DNA of 53,357 nucleotides from Chiloscyllium plagiosum (Eukaryota), in NCBI RefSeq assembly GCF_004010195.1, contig NC_057752.1, positions 5,249,936 through 5,303,292 of the forward strand, read 5' to 3'. A model generated the notes under the pieces. The model searched no databases and was not told the DNA's origin. It saw only the letters and a list, made by a program, of their open reading frames with translations. This document shows positions 24,200 through 34,509 of the stretch, piece after piece (positions within the stretch are counted from its first letter, which is position 1; the number at the start of each line of letters is the position of its first letter). The translations under genes and the position numbers were made by a program.

Positions 24200-25622
24200 T
24201 ATCATGAAAGTGGTCGTGTTGGCAGAGCTAATGAAGCTTAGGGTAGATAAGTCTCCTGGCCCTGATGGAATGGATCCCAGGGTTCTAAAAGAGATGACGG
24301 GCGAAATAGCAAATTCACTTGTAGTAACTTTCCAAAATTCAGTGGACTCTGGGACAGTTCCAGCAAATTGGAAAACAGCAAATGTGACACCACTGTTTAA
24401 AAAAGGAGGTAGACAAAAGATGGGGAATTATAGACTGGTTAGCTTAAATTCTGTAGTGGGGAAAATGCTTGAATCTATTATCAAGGAAGAAATAGCAAGG
24501 CATCTAGATAGAAATTATCTAGTTAGGCAGATGCAGCATGGGTTCATGAAGGACAGATCATGTTTAACTGGAATTCTATGAAGACATTACAAGCACAGTG
24601 GACAACAGGAACCCAGTAGATGTGGTGTATCTATATTTCCAAAAGCCATTCAACAAGGTGCCACACAAAAGGCTGATGCATAAGATAAAGATGCAAGGCG
24701 TTATGAGTTATGTATTAGCATGGATAGAGGATTGGTTAATTAACAGGCAGCAAAGAGTGGGGATAAATATGTGCTTTTCTGGTTGGCAGTCAGTGAGTAG
24801 TGGTGTGCCTCAGGGATCAGTGTTGCGACTGCAATTATTTACAATTTACATAGATGATTTGGAGTTGGGGGACTACATGTAGTGTGTCAAAATTTGTGGA
24901 TGAAATTAGGATGAGTGGTAGAGCAAGGTGTGCAAAGGACTGTGAAAGTGTGTTGCTGGAAAAGCGCAGCAGGTCAGGCAGCATCCAGGGAACAGGAGAA
25001 TCGACGTTTCGGGCATAAGCCCTTCTTCAGGAATGAGGAAAGTTTGTCCAGCAGGCTAGAATAAAAGGTAGGGAGGAGGGACTTGGGGGAGGGGCGTCGG
25101 AGTTCATCCCTTGTGGTTGGAGGGTTCCTCGGCGGAAGATGAGGCGCTCTTCCTCCAACCGTCGTTGGAGGACCACAACAACACGACGGTTGGAGGAAGA
25201 GCGCCTCATTAGAATTTAGAAGCCCTGAGGGGAGGATCTTTTAGAAACATGTAAAATTATGAAGGGAGTAGATAGAAGTAGAGAGAATGTTTTCACGGGT
25301 GAAACTAGGACAAGAGGGCATAGCCTGAAAGTTAGGAGGAGCAGATTTAGGACTGAATTGAGAAGGAACTTCTTCACCCAGACAGGTTGTGAATCTAAAC
25401 AATTCCCTGTGGGAATTGTGAAGTGGTTGCGGCTTCCTCAGGAAAGGCTTTCAAGGCTCAGATAGATAATTTTTTGAACAGTGAAGGAATTAAGGGTTGT
25501 AGTGAGAGGATAAGTAAGTGCACCCGAGTCCACGAAAAGATCAGCCATGATCTTAATGAATGGTGGAGCAGGCTTGAACTGCTAGATGGCCTACTCCTGC
25601 TCCTAGTTTTATGTTCTTATGT
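24200..25622 (+). mobile_element. CR1 RT and 3' UTR, interrupted by a PLE at 24948-25209
   Basis: KSPGPDGMDPRVLKE...NYRLVSLNSVVGK...QHGF and SGVPQGSVL...IYIDDL. Tail gatggcctactcctgctcctagtttttatgttcttatg. Confidence 0.88.
24948..25209 (-). mobile_element. PLE 3' end, same young family as 1-387, with hammerhead at 25003-25030 (minus)
   Basis: 24950-25098 is the near-exact reverse complement of 233-382. Minus ORF reads RRLEEERLIFRRGTLQPQGMNSD. Confidence 0.88.
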
Positions 25623-25629
25623 TCTTTCT

Positions 25630-26385
25630 TCTTCCTTCTTCTGGCAGCTCATTCCATACATGCATAACCCTCTGCATGAGAAAGTTGCCCCTCGGGTCCC
25701 TTTAAAATCCCTTTCCCCGCTCGCCTTTAGTTTTAGACTCCCCAACCTGGGGAACAGTCCTTATCTATTTACCCTATTCATGCCCCTCATGATTTTGTAA
25801 ACCTCTACAGGGTCACCCCTAAGCCTCTGATGCTCCATGGAAAATAGCCCCAGCCTGTTCAGCCTCTCCCTATAGCTCAAACCTTCCAACCCTGGCAACA
25901 TCCTTGTAAATTTTTTCTGAACCCTTTCAAGTTTCACAACATCCTTCCTATAGCAGGGAGACCAGAATTGCACACAGTATTTCAAAAGTTACCTAACCAA
26001 TTTTCTGTACAGCAGCAACATGACCTGCCAACTCCTATGCTCAGTGCACTGACCTATAAAGGCAAGCATACCAAACACCACCTTTGCTATCTACCTGCGA
26101 CTCCACTTTCAAGGATCTATGAACCTGTACTCCAAAACGCTCCCCAGGCTCTATTCTCTCCCTATTTACCCCTTTTGTTTTTTAATGTATTTATAAAATC
26201 CCTTTGGACTCTCCTTAACTCGAACTGTATATGCCAAAGCTATCTCATGACCCCTTCTTGCCCTCCAGATTTCCTTTTTCAGTGTACTCCTCCTGCCTTT
26301 ATAGGCTTATAGGGATTCACTCGATCTCTGCTGTCTAAACCTGGCGTATGCTTCCTTCTTTTCCTTGACCAAAATCTCAATTTCT
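25630..26385 (-). mobile_element. CR1 fragments
   Basis: YCVQFWSPCYRKDVVKLERVQKKFTRMLPG (25761-25985) plus an ORF2 linker piece. Confidence 0.8.
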
Positions 26386-27158
26386 CCAGTCATAGAGATG
26401 TACAGCACGGAAACAGACTCTTCAGTCCAACCCATCCATGCCGACCAGATATCTCAACCCAATCTAGTCCCACCTGCCAGCATCCGGCCCATATCCCTCC
26501 AAACCCTTCCTATTCATATTTAAGAGGCATTTGGATGGGTATGTTGCAATTGTACCAGCCTCCACCACTTCCTCTGGCAGCTCATTCCATACACGCACCA
26601 CCCTCTGTGTGGAAAAGTTGCCCCTTAGGCCTTTTTAAAAATATCTTTCCCCTCTCACCCTAAACCTATGCCGTCTCGTTCTGGACTCCCCGATCCCAGG
26701 GAAAAGACTTTGCCGATTTAGCCGATCCATGCCCCTCTACAAGGTCACCCCTCAGCTTCTGCGCTCCAGGGAAAACAGGCCCAGCCTGTTCAGCCTCTCC
26801 CTATAGCTCAAATCCTCCAACTCTGGCAACATCCTTGTAAATCTTTTCTGAACCCTTTCAAGTTTCACAACATCTTTCCGATGGGAAGGAGACCAGAATT
26901 GCGTGCAATATTCCAACAGTGGCCTAACCAATGTCCTGTACAGCCGCAACATGACCTCCCAACTCTGTACTCAGTCCTCTGACCAATAAATGAAAGTGTA
27001 CCAAACGCCGCCTTAACTATCCTATCTACCTGTGACTCCATTTTCAAGATTCTGTGAACCTGCACTCCAAGGTCTCTTTGTTCAGCAACACTCTCTAGGA
27101 CCTTACCATTAAGTGTATAAGTCCTGCTAAGATTTGCTTTCCCAAAATACAGCACCTC

Positions 27159-27830
27159 TCATTTATCTGAATTAAACTCCATCTGCCACTTCTCAGCCCA
27201 TTGGCCCATCTGGTCCAGATCCTGTTGTAATCTGAGGTAACCCTCTTCGCTGTCCACTACACCTCCAATTTTGGTGTCATCTGCAAACTTACTAACTGTA
27301 CCTCTTATGCTTGCATCCAAATCATTTATGTAAATGACAAAAAGTAGAGGACCCAGCACTGATCCTTGTGGCACTCCACTGTTCACAGGCCTCCAGTCTG
27401 AAAAACAACCCTCCTCCACCACCCTCTGTCTTCTACCTTTGAGCCAGTTCTGTATCCAAATGGCTAGTTCTCCCTGTATTCCATGAGATCTAACCTTGCT
27501 AATCAGTCTCCCATGTGAAACCTTGTCGAACGCCTTACTGAAGTCCATATAGATCACATCTACCAGTCTACACTCATCAATCCTCTTTGTTACTTCATCA
27601 GAAAACTCAATCAAATTTGTGAGACATGATTTCCCACGCACAAAGCCATGTTGACTATCCCTAACCAGTCCTTGCCTTTCCAAATACATGTACATCCTGA
27701 CCCTCAGGATTCCCTCCAACAACTTGCCCACCACTGAGGTCAGGCTCACTGGTCTATAGTTCCCTAGCTTGTTTTTACCACCCTTCTTAAACAGTGGCAC
27801 CATGTTTGCCAACCTCCAGTCTTCTGGCAC
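27159..27830 (-). pseudogene. CR1 reverse transcriptase core, longest open fragment (223 aa)
   Basis: [43 protein letters not shown] motifs. Confidence 0.93.
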
Positions 27831-28912
27831 CTCACCTGTGACTATCGGTGATACAAATGTCTCACAAGAGGCCCAGCAATCACTTCTCTAGCTTCCCATA
27901 GAGTTCTTGGGTACACCTGATCAGGTCCTGGGGATTTATCCACTTTTAACCGTTTCAAGACATCCAGCACTTGCTCCTCTGTAATCTGGACATTTTGCAA
28001 GATGTCACCATCTATTTCCCTACGGTCTATATCTTCCATATCCTTTTCCACAGTAAATACTGATGCAAAATATTCATTTAGTATCTTCCCCCATTTCCTG
28101 CGGCTCCACATAAAGGCCGCCTTGCTGATCTTTGAGGTGCCCTATTCTCTCCCTAGTTACCCTTTTGTCCTTAATATATTTGTAAAAACCCTTTAGATTC
28201 TCCTTAATTCTCTTTGCCAAAGCTATCTCATATCCCTTTTTTGCCCTCCTGATTTCCCTCTTAAGTATACGCCTACTGCCTTTATACTCTAACAAATTCC
28301 TCTGCATCCAAGCCCTCAACACTGTGGCAGTCCTAGTCTATGTTAGAAAGTTAAATTCCTCTACCATAACCAGCATATTATTTTGACAGATAATTGAGAT
28401 CTCCTTACAAATTTGTTTCTCAATTTCCCATTGACCTGTTTGGGGTGGGGGGGGGCATCTATAGTACAATCCCAATAAGGTGATCAGCCCTTTCCTATTT
28501 CTCAGTTCCACCCAAATAACTTCCCTGGACATATTCCCAGGAATGTCCTCCCTGAATACAGCTGAAATGTTATCCCTAATCAAAAACACCATTCTCCCTC
28601 CTCTCTTGCCCCCCTTTCGACAGCATTGATACCCTGGAACATTAAGCAGCCAGTTGTGTCTGTCCCTGAGCAATGTCTCTGTAATCGTTATGATATCCCA
28701 GTCACAAGTTCCCAATCATGCCCTGCGTTTACTTGCCTTACCTCGTAGGCCTCTTGCATTGAAATAAATGCAGTTTAAATTATCAGTCCTACCTTTGTTG
28801 TCTGCTTTGTTCCTGCTTGCCCTGACTGTTTGACTCACTTCTTTTCTCAATTGTGCCAGTCTCGGACAGATCTCATACGTCGCTGTTTCCCCCACCCCCA
28901 AACAAATCCTCT

Positions 28913-29458
28913 TGTCGTCCCATTCCCCCCTCATTCAAACAAAACTCTTCGAGACACAGTGTAGTTTTATCTCCTTCATCTTTATTCCGGGCCCCGGAGG
29001 GAGTGCGAACGATCGCCCATGTGCACAGGGACATGAGTTCGTGGTTTTCTCTGGAATATCAGTTTCTTAATGGATTTTAGTCATTTTACAGGGAGGAGCA
29101 TCCAGATAAGGCAGCATACATATTGATTGGGTGACCGTTACAATCAGCAAGTGTCAACAGCAAAGATTAAGCAATCTGATGTTACAGAATGAATGTTCTT
29201 AACCTTAACTGGCTTCAAATAATTAACACTTTTTTCACCTTGTTAAATTGACTTTACTTATTGATTACTTCCAATATTGTTAAATGGCTCTACATAATGA
29301 ATGCTTTTCCACCTTGTTAACCCATTACCCTTGCCTCCAGCACCCCATTGTTAACTAAGTTCTTGTCTGATCTGAGTTGTGCTTAGCTGAATCTCTTGTT
29401 TCACAAAACTCAGAAGTTAACTCTTTCTCTGCCTGCTGATACCCGATACACATTCTGA
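28913..29458 (-). repeat. 3' LTR (about 546 bp)
   Basis: Homologous to 52173-52722 and partly to 31738-31932. Minus-strand AATAAA at 28981-28986. Ends CA on the minus strand. Confidence 0.85.
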
Positions 29459-29471
29459 TTTCCTCCTTTTA

Positions 29472-29733
29472 TCATTTCATGATAACCATTACTAGCTTTC
29501 ATAAGACTCTGGCAGCCAATATTTAAGCAAGTTATTGACACACAGCATACGATGATTATAACAACAAAAATTACGCGTCCGTTCCAGTAAATACAATTTG
29601 AAGAATCCTCGCACGTGGGGAAAAAAAATTCACCAGTAAAGTTGTTAAATCCACAGTCCTTAGTGACCACTCCATCCCCTCCAAGTCGAGTGAAAACAAG
29701 CCAGTTCTCCAAAGTCTCCTTTAGTAAAGTCAT
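29472..29733 (-). pseudogene. Degenerate env TM-like C-terminal remnant
   Basis: Hydrophobic IFVVIIIVCCVSITC followed by a YHEM (YxxPhi) tail directly before the PPT. Frames differ between the two copies. Confidence 0.5.
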
Positions 29734-29814
29734 TCTGAAAACAAAATTCAGTCTGTTTTCTTGTGCATCACTCCATGGAGAAATCTGAATGCTTGGATAA
29801 TGGCAGTTAAATAC

Positions 29815-30138
29815 TTAACAAAACTGACGAGACTGTCATCCTTCCGGAGATGCTTCAGATTTAGGATACCAGCACATCTCAGTGTGTAGTGCTGCAGCTG
29901 CAATTACAGGCTAGGTGAATATAGCATTCTTTGCTGCTGCTGCTTCAGCTCTGCTGTTAAATGTAACAAAGCCAACTGGCTGTTGTGATGTTAGCTTGAT
30001 CAGTGAACCATCATATCCTTTAAATGATCGAAAGACAAGGTAAAGTTCAAGTGGTTTAATGTCCGTGGGAAGGCCACTGATAAAAGGCGTACCGACCTCC
30101 TCTTCACTGTTTCTAGCTTCTTCACTTTTTGTGCTTAT
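29815..30138 (-). pseudogene. RBPMS2: Captured processed RBPMS2 (Hermes) coding sequence with an in-frame internal deletion
   Basis: One frame: (ATA)[104 protein letters not shown]. It matches the RBPMS-family RRM ([44 protein letters not shown].FDSR) and the C-terminus (AAAALHAQ.RWYP....GWK.RQFC). The poly-Ala and WYP favour RBPMS2 over RBPMS. Confidence 0.88.
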
Positions 30139-30229
30139 GACTAGGGAGCTGATTATATCCGTTGGATCAGGCTGTGGAGGGTGGGCGGTGGTCCGAAGGC
30201 ATACTTTACTAGAGAAGATGTTAGCTGCT

Positions 30230-30415
30230 GAAAGTATCTTTGCATTTTCTCTCTCATTCCTTCCTTGCCAAGGTGGATATCAGTGTGGAGTCAGTCACAC
30301 ATTTAACTACACTAAATTGTGTCTGTCTATTTCAACATTCTTTGAATTTTTGAAGTCTGTTGCTCTGTTCACTATTTATGACATTATCAAAGTTTTAAAC
30401 AATCCATAAAGTTCT
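30230..30415 (-). pseudogene. Highly decayed retroviral integrase core remnant
   Basis: Minus frame YGLFKTL...NRATDF...[18 protein letters not shown] resembles integrase FGLP..I.SDRGTHF...HTPYHPQSQGKVERMN. Confidence 0.45.
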
Positions 30416-31431
30416 AAATTGTACTGCCTCAACAATTCAGTCAATTATAAACAACAATCAATGGTCCTAAAATCAAACTCTCAGGTGCCTCCATTCAGGT
30501 TATTTCAAAGTAATTTTCCTTTAATAAATTGATACTTGGCTAATGTGAAAGCTATCAGGAAAAGTATTTGAAAAGTCTGGAACAGCATGAAAACAACAAA
30601 ATGTTTCCTGTGCTTTATCAATTGAAGAGACAGTTTCAGTTCAGATTTAAATCTCAAATATTCATGGGAAACAAACATATTTTAAAATATGTTCTCCAAA
30701 TGAAACTTCTCAAATAAAACAATCTGAATTAATGACAACTTTGGTAGAGATCAACATTCTTTGAATTTGCAATCTGAAAGGGGCCAATGAAGTCTTTACA
30801 ATAATTGACAGAACTTAAACAGCTCAGCCTCAACTTCTGATATTCTCTAAAATCTTAATCTTAAAACATCAAACTCAAAATGCCCTCTTCTTTTTGTGAA
30901 CACTGAGCATGAAAAACACAGCAGCAAAGATCTGGCTAAAGCATGACCACTGACCCAAATGTGTTTTGAAACAAGCATTATAGAATTTCAAACAAAGCGG
31001 GCTGAAGGCACTCGATCAATTTGTTTTAAGGTTACAAGTTTGATAGTTTTAACAAAGACATAATGATGTACAACGTCACTGTAAAAACAAAATCTGCCCT
31101 ATTACGTAGCCCACAAAACACACTGAATTGAGATCCTGATTCAAACAAGGCAAAACAGTTACTTGAAAGGGTTTTCTGAATCAGTATTTTAACAAACCAA
31201 AATTTTTAAATATCAAACAACTCTCAGCATGGTACAACTTACATTGAAACTTTCCTTTTTCAACCCAAGTATTAGTACAACCTTAATTTCAGTGTTTCCC
31301 GGTTGTTTCTTTACATCCTTGCACTTCTAAAAAGAGAGCAGACCACATAGCACCACAGTCTAAGCTGCGCTCTTACCTCTACCTCCCCCCACCCCGAACA
31401 AAGACTTTGAAGAGCCTCAAATTTCACCACG

Positions 31432-31722
31432 AGGGGACTTTAACCCCTTTCTCACTTTACTCCTCACAGGGGCTTGAACCCCACTTAAACATGGAGAACT
31501 CAAATCCCGCTTAAACACAGAGAACCCGAACCCCAATGAAACACACAAAACTTGAACCTTGCTTAAATATAGAGCTCGAACCTCAAACACAGAGAACTCA
31601 TAGCTCACTTAAATGCAGAAAGCTCGAACCTCAGCACAATGTAGAGGATTTGAACCTCAAATCAACCCACCCAGTAAACTCAAACCCCAACTAAACCCAC
31701 CTCAGGGGACTCGAACCTCAAT
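31432..31722 (-). repeat. Degenerate ~22-27-bp tandem repeat in the ERV leader (GGTTCRA core)
   Basis: Repeated plus-strand (c/t)tcgaacctc, ttgaacccc and ttgaacctc units. Confidence 0.7.
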
Positions 31723-31737
31723 CACCCCCCCCCAGTA

Positions 31738-31932
31738 TGTAAACTGACCTTACATACTGAATGCTTCCAATATTGTTAAATGGCTCTACATAATGAATGC
31801 TTTTCCACCTTGCCTCCAGCACCCCATTGTTAAATGTAAGTTCTTATCTGACCTGAGTCGTGCTCAGCTGAACCTCTTGTTTCACAAAACTCAGAACTTA
31901 ACTCTTTCCCTATCTGCTTATACGCATTCTCA
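31738..31932 (-). repeat. Partial 5' LTR (U3 part; most of R/U5 deleted)
   Basis: Aligns to 29250-29458 and 52505-52722. Confidence 0.85.
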
Positions 31933-33639
31933 CTCGCGAGCAGCTCTCGCAAGTCCACCCACTCGAATGTTAGTCCCCTTCCAAATCAAGTGCAATCCGT
32001 CCTAATACAGATCACTTCTATCCCAGAAGAGATTCCAATGATCTGAAATTGTGAATCTTCTTCCCCAGAATCATTTCCTCAGCCATGCATTCATCTGCTC
32101 TATCCTCCTATTCCTACCCTCACTAGCTCGTGGCACTGGGAGTAATTCAGATGTTATTGCCTTCGAGGGCTTCCTTTTTTAAATTCCTGCCTAACTCATT
32201 ATATTCTCTCCTCAGAATCTTGTTTTTTCTCTTCCTATTTCCTTAGTTCCAATGTGTACAACAACCTCCTGCTGTTCCCTCTCACCTTTTGAGAATATTC
32301 TGCACCTTTTCTGAGGTATCCTTGATCCTGGCATCAGGGAGGCAACACACCATTCTGATATCTTGCTGTCAGCTGCAGAAACGTCTGTCCGTGCCTCTGA
32401 CTAGACAGTCCCCTATCACAATCGATCACTTGAAAGTTGACGTACCCCTTGTTACATTAGAACCAGTCTCGGTACCAGAAACCTGGTTGTTGGTGCTACA
32501 TTCCCCTGAGAGTCTATCGTTGCTTACATTTTCCACAACAGCATACTTGTTTGAGATGGGGATAGCCACAGGGGACTCCTGCACTACCTGCTGCCTTCAC
32601 CTACCTGGAGGTAACCCATCAACCTGACTATCTGTTTCTTTTTCCTCTTCCTTCAATTGCCATCCATCACACCTCCTGCTCCTGTAAATTCCTTATTGCC
32701 TCTGTCTGCTGCTCCAACTGATACATGCGTTACAATAGGATTTGCAAACAAATACACTTCCTGCAGACATAATCATTCGTAACATTGAAATTCTTCGTGA
32801 ACTCCCACATTCGACAGGAAGAGCACATCACTCCACTCAAGGCCATCTTTGCACCTTAACAATCTACAGACCCAGAAAATAGCAGTCTTATTGCATTAAA
32901 AAGACTGCTCCAGGCTAACTTCGTACCTATGGTTTATATTGTTAAAATTTAATCAAGAGACAGATCTCAATAAAAACTGACTATCAAACAAGAACCCAGT
33001 TTCCTCACTATTGCAGATTTTCAAAATAAAGTATCTATTGGTGTATTTATGCTTCATCTCTTAGATAGGGGTACATGAGATATATATTCAACTGTTAACC
33101 ATTCAACCAGTCTGCAGGCCAGTACAGAAGTAAATAGGGGAATTGCCACAACTTTTTAATGCCTATGAGCTTAATTTGGAGAAAAGCATGAGATGGTTCT
33201 TGCTGTGCATTACTAGAGATATTATTTGTGACTGTTACATAAGCCTTTTTGCCTCTTAAGTTTTTTTTGTTCTCTTGAAGGTTTGACTTGCTGGGGTATA
33301 GTTTGTTGGGATTGTGCTTTTCCTTTGGGTTTCTAGTATCCTGTTTAATCTCGGTCTTTGAACACTGACTGCGGTTTGGAATCTTTCTGTTTTGTATGAC
33401 TCTCACTTACTCACTGAATAGATAAGCAGGTTAAATTATTCTGAAAGTAATTATTCTGTTTGGTCAGTTTACTAATCTTCAGCTGGGGGCACTGAAGACA
33501 GTTCATGCATCACAGGAGAATAAATTGATTTAATATTAATCTGCAATCAATCAGTGAACCTGGTCTACCATTTCCATTCCATAATCCGTTTCCTCGAACA
33601 TAATGAGATGTGTGTGGCCTTTCTAACTTGAAGGAACTA

Positions 33640-33835
33640 GAGTCATAGAGATGTACAGCACGGAAACAGACCCTTCAGTCCAACTCTTCCATGCCAACCA
33701 GATAACCTAAATTAATCTAGTCCCATTTGCCAGCATTTGGCCATATCCCTCTAAACCCTTCCTATTCACATACCCATCCAGATGCCTTTTAAATGTTGTA
33801 ATTGTACCAGCCTCCACCACTTCCTCTGGCAGTTC
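33640..33835 (-). mobile_element. CR1 3' UTR
   Basis: agagtcatagagatgtacagcacggaaacagacccttcagtccaac tail. Confidence 0.85.
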
Positions 33836-33859
33836 GTTGGATGCACCCACCTCCCTCTT

Positions 33860-34215
33860 TGTTTATTTCTCAAGGCATGTGGATGTTGCTGGCAAGGGCA
33901 GTGTTTGGCAGGCCATACCTAATTGCCCTTGAACTTAGTGGTTTACCAGGTCATTTTAGAGGATGGTGGCTGTGGTCATCAAGGCCAGTGCTGTGGGCCT
34001 GGAGTCTCATATAGGTCAGACTGATTAAGGATGTCAGATTTCCTTACCTAAAAGACATTTGTGAAACAGTTGAGCTTGTACAATTATCAACAATAATTGA
34101 CTACACTATTCACTGATCTAGGTTTTATTAATTTAAGTTTAATGGTGGAATTTGAACCCCCACTGCCCTCTCCCAGCATTAGTCTGGACCTCTGAATTAC
34201 TAGCCCAGTGCCACT
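33860..34215. mobile_element. Old LINE/SINE 3'-tail-like fragment
   Basis: attgcccttgaact...ggagtctcatataggtcagac...gatttccttacctaaaagacatt resembles a common shark repeat tail. Confidence 0.5.
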
Positions 34216-34509
34216 AATGCTACTAGTTTATAAGTACTGACTGTTTTCTACGTGTGCTGCCCATGTGTTTATTCCATATGAATTATTTACTATTGGCCTT
34301 TGTTTGCTCTGTTAACTTGGGAAATAGTTTGCACTTGACAGGCAGAGGGGTAGAAATTGAGTGGGAATGAGATATTAAAGGTATTATTGTAAAGATGAGT
34401 CTTGGGGTGGGATGAAATTAACTTCTGAATTCTTTCTTTTGTAATTATAATGCTATAATCCTAATTATTCTATACTATATCATTTCCGTTGATTTTGTAC
34501 CTTTCCTAT

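Larger units (their letters stand above)
28913..31932 (-). mobile_element. Non-autonomous ERV-like LTR retroelement carrying a captured RBPMS2 cDNA (copy 1)
   Basis: 3' LTR 28913-29458, PPT aaaaggaggaaa next to it, partial 5' LTR 31738-31932 starting TG, 4-bp TSD ctct/ctcg. Removal restores CR1 ORF1 ...gct gct cgc gag gat tt. Confidence 0.88.
26389..32990 (-). mobile_element. Near-full-length, decayed CR1 LINE (ORF1, APE, RT, 3' UTR) split by the LTR element
   Basis: ORF1 from ATG at 32846: MALSGVMCSSCRMWEF...CRKC, VVQESPVAIPISNKY, IVIGDCLVRGTDRRFC, DGLHL (esterase). APE: NCIYFNARG...ITET (about 28800-28340). RT ORF 27159-27830. 3' tail ends at about 26389. Confidence 0.92.

Noticed and set aside
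29815..30138. The functional host RBPMS2 gene
   Set aside because: Intronless, start codon mutated, large deletion, two stops, and embedded in an LTR element.
30059..30409. Plus-strand 116-aa ORF ([10 protein letters not shown]...)
   Set aside because: It is the antisense shadow of the stop-free minus-strand integrase/RBPMS2 frame and has no recognisable motifs.
31432..31722. CRISPR-like repeat-spacer array
   Set aside because: Eukaryotic ERV leader; the repeats are degenerate, spacers short and related, and no cas genes are present.
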